DNA of 64,000 nucleotides from assembly GCA_043228905.1 (NCBI GenBank), contig JBHGNT010000011.1:19468001-19532000 (forward strand), read 5' to 3'. Shown here piece after piece: positions 59,324 through 64,000 of this stretch; the stretch's first letter is position 1, and every line of letters starts with the position of its first letter. The notes beneath the pieces are model-generated. The model was not told where the DNA came from. It saw only the letters and a list, made by a program, of their open reading frames with translations, and did no database searches. Made by a program: the position numbers and the translations under genes. Source of the DNA: Azolla caroliniana (Eukaryota; Plantae; Polypodiophyta).

Positions 59324-62300
59324 ATGATGAAGAGAGCTCCCATGATATCTAATCCTTCCTTTTTCATTAGAACCATATCCAGTACCAAACACCAGAAGCA
59401 TGATGTCATCTTTATGCAGTTACTCAAGGCTTGTGCCAAGAGGAAGGATCTTGCGAAAGGCATTGCACTGCATGTAGATATCCAGAAGAGAGGATTACTT
59501 GGAAAGAACCCTTACATAGGCAGCTCTCTCATCAGTATGTATGCCAAATGTGGTGCTCTTGCAAAAGCTCAGCAAGTTCTCGAAGAGCTTCCAATCCGAG
59601 ATGTCGTCTCTTGGAATGCACTGATCTCGGGGTATGTCCAACAAGGGCAAGGTCATGAAGTATTTAATTTCTATGAAAGGATGCAAAGAGAGGGCCTCTC
59701 TCCAGATGAAGTTACCTTGACTTGCATCTTCAAAGCTTGTGCTCGTGTAGGAGCTATTGACAGGGGAAAGCAAATTCACCACATGATCGTTGATTGGGGC
59801 TTGTTAGAAAAGAATATTGCACTCGGGAATTCTTTGGTTGATATGTATGCCAAGTGTGGCATGCTTGCAAAAGCACAACAAGTGTTCGAACAACTTCCAA
59901 AGCGAGATGTAGCCTCTTGGTCTGCACTAATTGCAGGATATGCCCAAGGGGGTCATGGTGATCAAGCTCTTTTCTGTTTCAAACAAATGCAAAAGGAGAA
60001 TATTCCTCCAAATGAAGTTATCTTCACTTCCATTTTAATGGCCTGTGGAAACACCGGAGCACTTGACAAGGGCAAACAGATTCATGAAGAGATTGTTGCT
60101 AGGGGCTTGCTTAAGCAGAATGTTGTGCTTGGCACTGCTTTGGTGGATATGTATGCGAAATGTGGTGTGCTTGCAAAAGCTCAGCAAGTACTTGAAGAGC
60201 TTCCTGTTCGAAATCTTGTATCTTGGTCTGCATTAATTGCAGGGTATGCCAAACAGGGGCAATGGCATGAAGTACTTGCTTGTTTTCAGAGGATGCAAAG
60301 GGAGGATTTCTCTGCAGATGAGATCACCTTTGCTTGCATATTGAAGGCCTGTGGTATCACAAGAGCCATTGGAAAGGGAATACAAATTCACATGCAGATT
60401 GTGAATAGAGGATTGTTTGAGAAGCATTCTATGCTTGGCAAGGCTATGGTAGATATGTATATAAAATGTGGTATGCTTGAAAAAGCACAAGAACTGCTCA
60501 AACAACTTCATATTCGAGACATAATAGCTTGGTCTGCACTAATTTCAGGTTATGTCCAAGACGGACGTGCTCATGAAGCACTTAATTGTTTTCAACAGAT
60601 GCAAAAGAAGGGCCTCTGTCCAGATGGGGTCACCCTTACATCCATTTTGAAGGCTTGTGGCAGCATAGGAGCTATTGACAAGGGCAAACAAATTCATGAT
60701 GATATTATTAGTAGGGGCTTGTTGAAGGAAAGTATTGTGCTTGGCACTTCGTTGGTGGATATGTATGCTAAATGTGGTCTGGTTACAAAAGCTGAAGAAG
60801 TACTTGAAGAGCTTCCTGTTCGGAATGTAGTATCTTGGTCTGCACTGATTGCAGGCTATGCTCAACAAGGACTATGCCATCATGCCATCAACTGTTTTGA
60901 ACAGATGCAAAGTGAAGGACTCTATCCAGATGTGGTTACCTTTGCTTGTATTTTAAAGGCGTGTGGTAGTACAACAGCTATTGACATGGGCAAAGAGATT
61001 CATTGTGAGATTGTTGATAGGGGATTGCTAGAGAATAGTGTCATCCTTGGCAATGCTTTGGTGGATATGTACGTAAAATGTGGCGAACTTGCAAAAGCAC
61101 AAGATGTTCTTGAAGAGCTTCCTGTTTGGGATATAGTTTCTTGGTCTACACTAATTGCAGGATACGCCCAAGAGGGGAAAGGTCATGAAGCACTAGACTG
61201 TTTTGCACGGATGCAAAAAGAGGGCATCTCTCCAGATGGTGTCACCTTCACATGCATTCTAAATGCCTGTGGCAGTATAGGAGCTGTTGACAAAGGCAAG
61301 GAAATTCATGATGAGATTGTCAGCAAGGGTTTGCTAATGAAGAATATCGTGCTCGGTACTGCTTTGGTGGATATGTATGCTAAATGTGGCCTGCTCGAAA
61401 AAGCACAAGAAGTACTTGAGGAGCTTCCTCTTAGAAATGTAGTATCTTGGTCTGCACTAATTTCTGGTCATGCCCAACAGGGTCAGTGTCGTAAAGCGAT
61501 CAACTGCTTTGAAAGGATGCAAAGAGAGGGCTTCCCTCCAGATGGTGTCACATTCATTTGCATCCTGAAGGCATGTGGCAACACAAGAGATATTGATAAA
61601 GGCAAACAAATTCATGATGAGATTGTTTTTAGGGGTTTGTTGACAGAAAATATCATGCTTGGCACAGCTTTAGTGGATATGTATGCCAAATGTGGTTTGC
61701 TCCCAGAAGCACAGAAAGTTCTCAAAGAACTTCCAAATCGAAATGTAGTCACGTGGAATGCATTAATTGCAGGATATGCCCAAGAGGGGAATGGTCATGA
61801 AGCATTGAACTATTTTGCAGAGATGAAAAGGGAGGGTTTCTGCCCAAATGTTGTCACCCTGATGTGCACCTTGAAGGCCTGTGGTAGCATTGGAGCTGTT
61901 GATGAAGGTATCAAGATTCATGATGAGATTGTTGATATGGGCTTGATACAGAAAAATATAATGCTTGGGACTGCATTGGTAGATATGTATGCCAAATGTG
62001 GCTTGCTTGTGAAAGCAGCCCAAGTCCTTGAGGAACTTCCTGTTCGAGACACTGTCTCTTGGTCAGCATTAATTGCAGGGTATGCCCAAGAGGGCCACTC
62101 TGATGATGCTCTCAGTTGTTTTGCACAGATGCAAAGGGAAGGTATCTGTCCTAATGAGGTAACTTTTCTAGGTGTGCTGAATGCATGTAGCCATACAGGG
62201 AAATTGGATGAGGCCCAAACATATTATGAGAATATGAGCCAAAAATATGGGATCATACCAAAGCTGGAGCATCATGCTTGCATGATTGTGAATTTTGGTC

Positions 62301-62593
62301 GTGCAGGACATTTTGACAAAGCAATGTCTGTGATTAAAACAATGCCATCTTTTAATAATCATTCAATGTGGCTTGCATTGCTGGGTTCTTGTAGAAAATG
62401 GGGAAATGTGATGCTTGGAAAGATGGCTTTTGATAACGTGATTCGTCTCAATAATAATGTTGCATCAGCTTATGCTCTCATGGCTAATATTTATGCAAAT
62501 GCAGGAATGCAAGAGAATGCGGAAAAGGTTGAAGAAGCCACGAGAATGGACAATGAGCTAAACTATAATCAGTTTCTCGAAGCATCATTATAA
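59324..62593 (+). CDS. PLS-class PPR protein 8 (9 units, E1-E2), ~1089 aa from first ATG
   Basis: Open ORF (frame open from 59255; first ATG at 59324); N-terminus MMKRAPMISNPSFFIRTISSTK could be a mitochondrial presequence. Confidence 0.95.
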   Translation: MMKRAPMISNPSFFIRTISSTKHQKHDVIFMQLLKACAKRKDLAKGIALHVDIQKRGLLGKNPYIGSSLISMYAKCGALAKAQQVLEELPIRDVVSWNALISGYVQQGQGHEVFNFYERMQREGLSPDEVTLTCIFKACARVGAIDRGKQIHHMIVDWGLLEKNIALGNSLVDMYAKCGMLAKAQQVFEQLPKRDVASWSALIAGYAQGGHGDQALFCFKQMQKENIPPNEVIFTSILMACGNTGALDKGKQIHEEIVARGLLKQNVVLGTALVDMYAKCGVLAKAQQVLEELPVRNLVSWSALIAGYAKQGQWHEVLACFQRMQREDFSADEITFACILKACGITRAIGKGIQIHMQIVNRGLFEKHSMLGKAMVDMYIKCGMLEKAQELLKQLHIRDIIAWSALISGYVQDGRAHEALNCFQQMQKKGLCPDGVTLTSILKACGSIGAIDKGKQIHDDIISRGLLKESIVLGTSLVDMYAKCGLVTKAEEVLEELPVRNVVSWSALIAGYAQQGLCHHAINCFEQMQSEGLYPDVVTFACILKACGSTTAIDMGKEIHCEIVDRGLLENSVILGNALVDMYVKCGELAKAQDVLEELPVWDIVSWSTLIAGYAQEGKGHEALDCFARMQKEGISPDGVTFTCILNACGSIGAVDKGKEIHDEIVSKGLLMKNIVLGTALVDMYAKCGLLEKAQEVLEELPLRNVVSWSALISGHAQQGQCRKAINCFERMQREGFPPDGVTFICILKACGNTRDIDKGKQIHDEIVFRGLLTENIMLGTALVDMYAKCGLLPEAQKVLKELPNRNVVTWNALIAGYAQEGNGHEALNYFAEMKREGFCPNVVTLMCTLKACGSIGAVDEGIKIHDEIVDMGLIQKNIMLGTALVDMYAKCGLLVKAAQVLEELPVRDTVSWSALIAGYAQEGHSDDALSCFAQMQREGICPNEVTFLGVLNACSHTGKLDEAQTYYENMSQKYGIIPKLEHHACMIVNFGRAGHFDKAMSVIKTMPSFNNHSMWLALLGSCRKWGNVMLGKMAFDNVIRLNNNVASAYALMANIYANAGMQENAEKVEEATRMDNELNYNQFLEASL

Positions 62594-64000
62594 ATACGAG
62601 CTGTGTGCAGATAGATCCAACTCCTTGGAAAGACAAGAATGAGCTCTTGGACATGTCCTTTGCTCGCATGAGTAGTTTTGGATTTTAATTTCCACTAGAT
62701 TGGTATTATCCTATGTTTATAATTTCGAATGACAGGGACATGTATCTACATCGTTTGCATCAAGTTTCAACAATGTCTATGGGTTGCATGAAAATCAGAA
62801 AAAACAATGCAATCCATGTATGCTCGTGAAATAAAATATGACAAAATGTAGTTATGGCAGTCACATTCAATGTAGGGATACTTGTCAATCTGCTAAGCAA
62901 AGAACTCCAAGATGGTCATGTTTGGCATGTTTGGTGGTGGAGATCGTGGGAAATTGGTGGTTGTGGTACAAATGTCCAGACAGAATGTAAACTCTCTCAA
63001 AGGAACCTACTTTTATGCAGATTTTGAATGTGGCTATCCAATGGAGTAAGCAACCATGGAATGGTAGATGGTCGGTCACATATAACCATAAGGGGCTTAG
63101 TATTCCAGCTCACATATATCAATGATGCTCCTGTGTAACTGATTGGTATTCATAATGCATGGAGGTGTCAAATCCTCCTCTATTGCATCCGTAATCAATC
63201 TTGGATTCATCAAATACATTAATACTAATATGACAAAATACTCATACAATGCAATCAAAATGAGACTTTGAACATGCAGTGACACAATCAATCTCAAACA
63301 ATAGATATACCCTATCTTACTATTGTAGCAAATATATAGCTTATTATGCATATTGGAGGTATAGCACAACAAAGAATATATTTGAAAAATCTTAAAGAAT
63401 TCTTAATGAAACATGTAAACTAAGCAATGCAGGTGCTAAATGACATAAATAAAATATTTTTGAAACACACATAACAAGCATCCATTCAAGGGTAAGGGCA
63501 CGCTCATGGTAGGTTAGATAAATATGGAGAAAGCCACTTTTGTAATAGAGAAAATAATGAAACTCAGCTGTAACAATTGCCAAGCATTGTAATCCATATT
63601 CACAATGAGGGATGCATCCATGTATTGTTCCATGTACTAAAACCAACCTTTCAATTCAAAGAACACAAGGGATTCATCTCTTTGTCCTTCATGCAAGGTA
63701 TTAAAGACTAGCCATTTGCTTCTTGGCAAGGATTGGATTCGAAATGGTTGTGATTCATAATGTATCATCACATTCGGGAAAGGAAAGAGGGAAAGAAAAT
63801 GAGTTGTGTTCTTTGTGTCAACAAGATGTGTTTTTTGCAACAATGAGGCATGGAAACATGGAAAGAAAAGAAAGAAAGATACACTAACCTCTCTTGGAGG
63901 CCAAAATGATCCTATAAGTGAATCATGATTACAAATATGGGTGCATTGATTTTACCTATATCAAAACCAAAACAAAACTGCATGATCAATATCTTAATGC

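Noticed and set aside
27141-62362. Many antisense and alternate-frame ORFs over the PPR genes (up to 256 aa)
   Set aside because: They recur with the 306-nt repeat and reflect codon structure of the sense strand; no independent coding signal.
27084-62593. U-to-C (DYW:KP) editing-factor cluster
   Set aside because: No KPA.A motif; remnants show KKPG/KKLG..W.D and no intact catalytic domain is present.

Overview
Eukaryotic nuclear DNA from a land plant, most likely a fern or another flagellated-sperm lineage (inferred from a KIF12/kinesin-16-like gene and the type of PLS-PPR genes). Left half: a 10-exon kinesin gene (128-6809), an intronless DUF1645-like gene (13345-14334), nested DNA-transposon relics (a hAT MITE with 8-bp TSD, a 3.7-kb mirror-symmetric TIR element carrying a palindromic ~155-bp satellite, a 2-kb long-TIR element), and a 4-exon two-RRM chloroplast-RNP-like gene (23500-25042). 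Right half (27.1-62.6 kb): a dense mixed-orientation cluster of eight intronless PLS-class PPR genes built from a 306-nt (102-aa) S-P-L repeat, 5-9 units per gene and 56 in total. Main observation: all eight RNA-binding arrays are open for 2-3.3 kb, but each gene stops within or just after the E2/PG-box region. Downstream DNA carries decayed remnants of a DYW deaminase domain (clear behind three genes, weaker behind the rest), broken differently in each gene. Most ORFs also show no N-terminal organellar targeting peptide. This looks like a diversified family of catalytically dead, sequence-programmable RNA binders. All family assignments are from motif recognition by eye; no searches were run.
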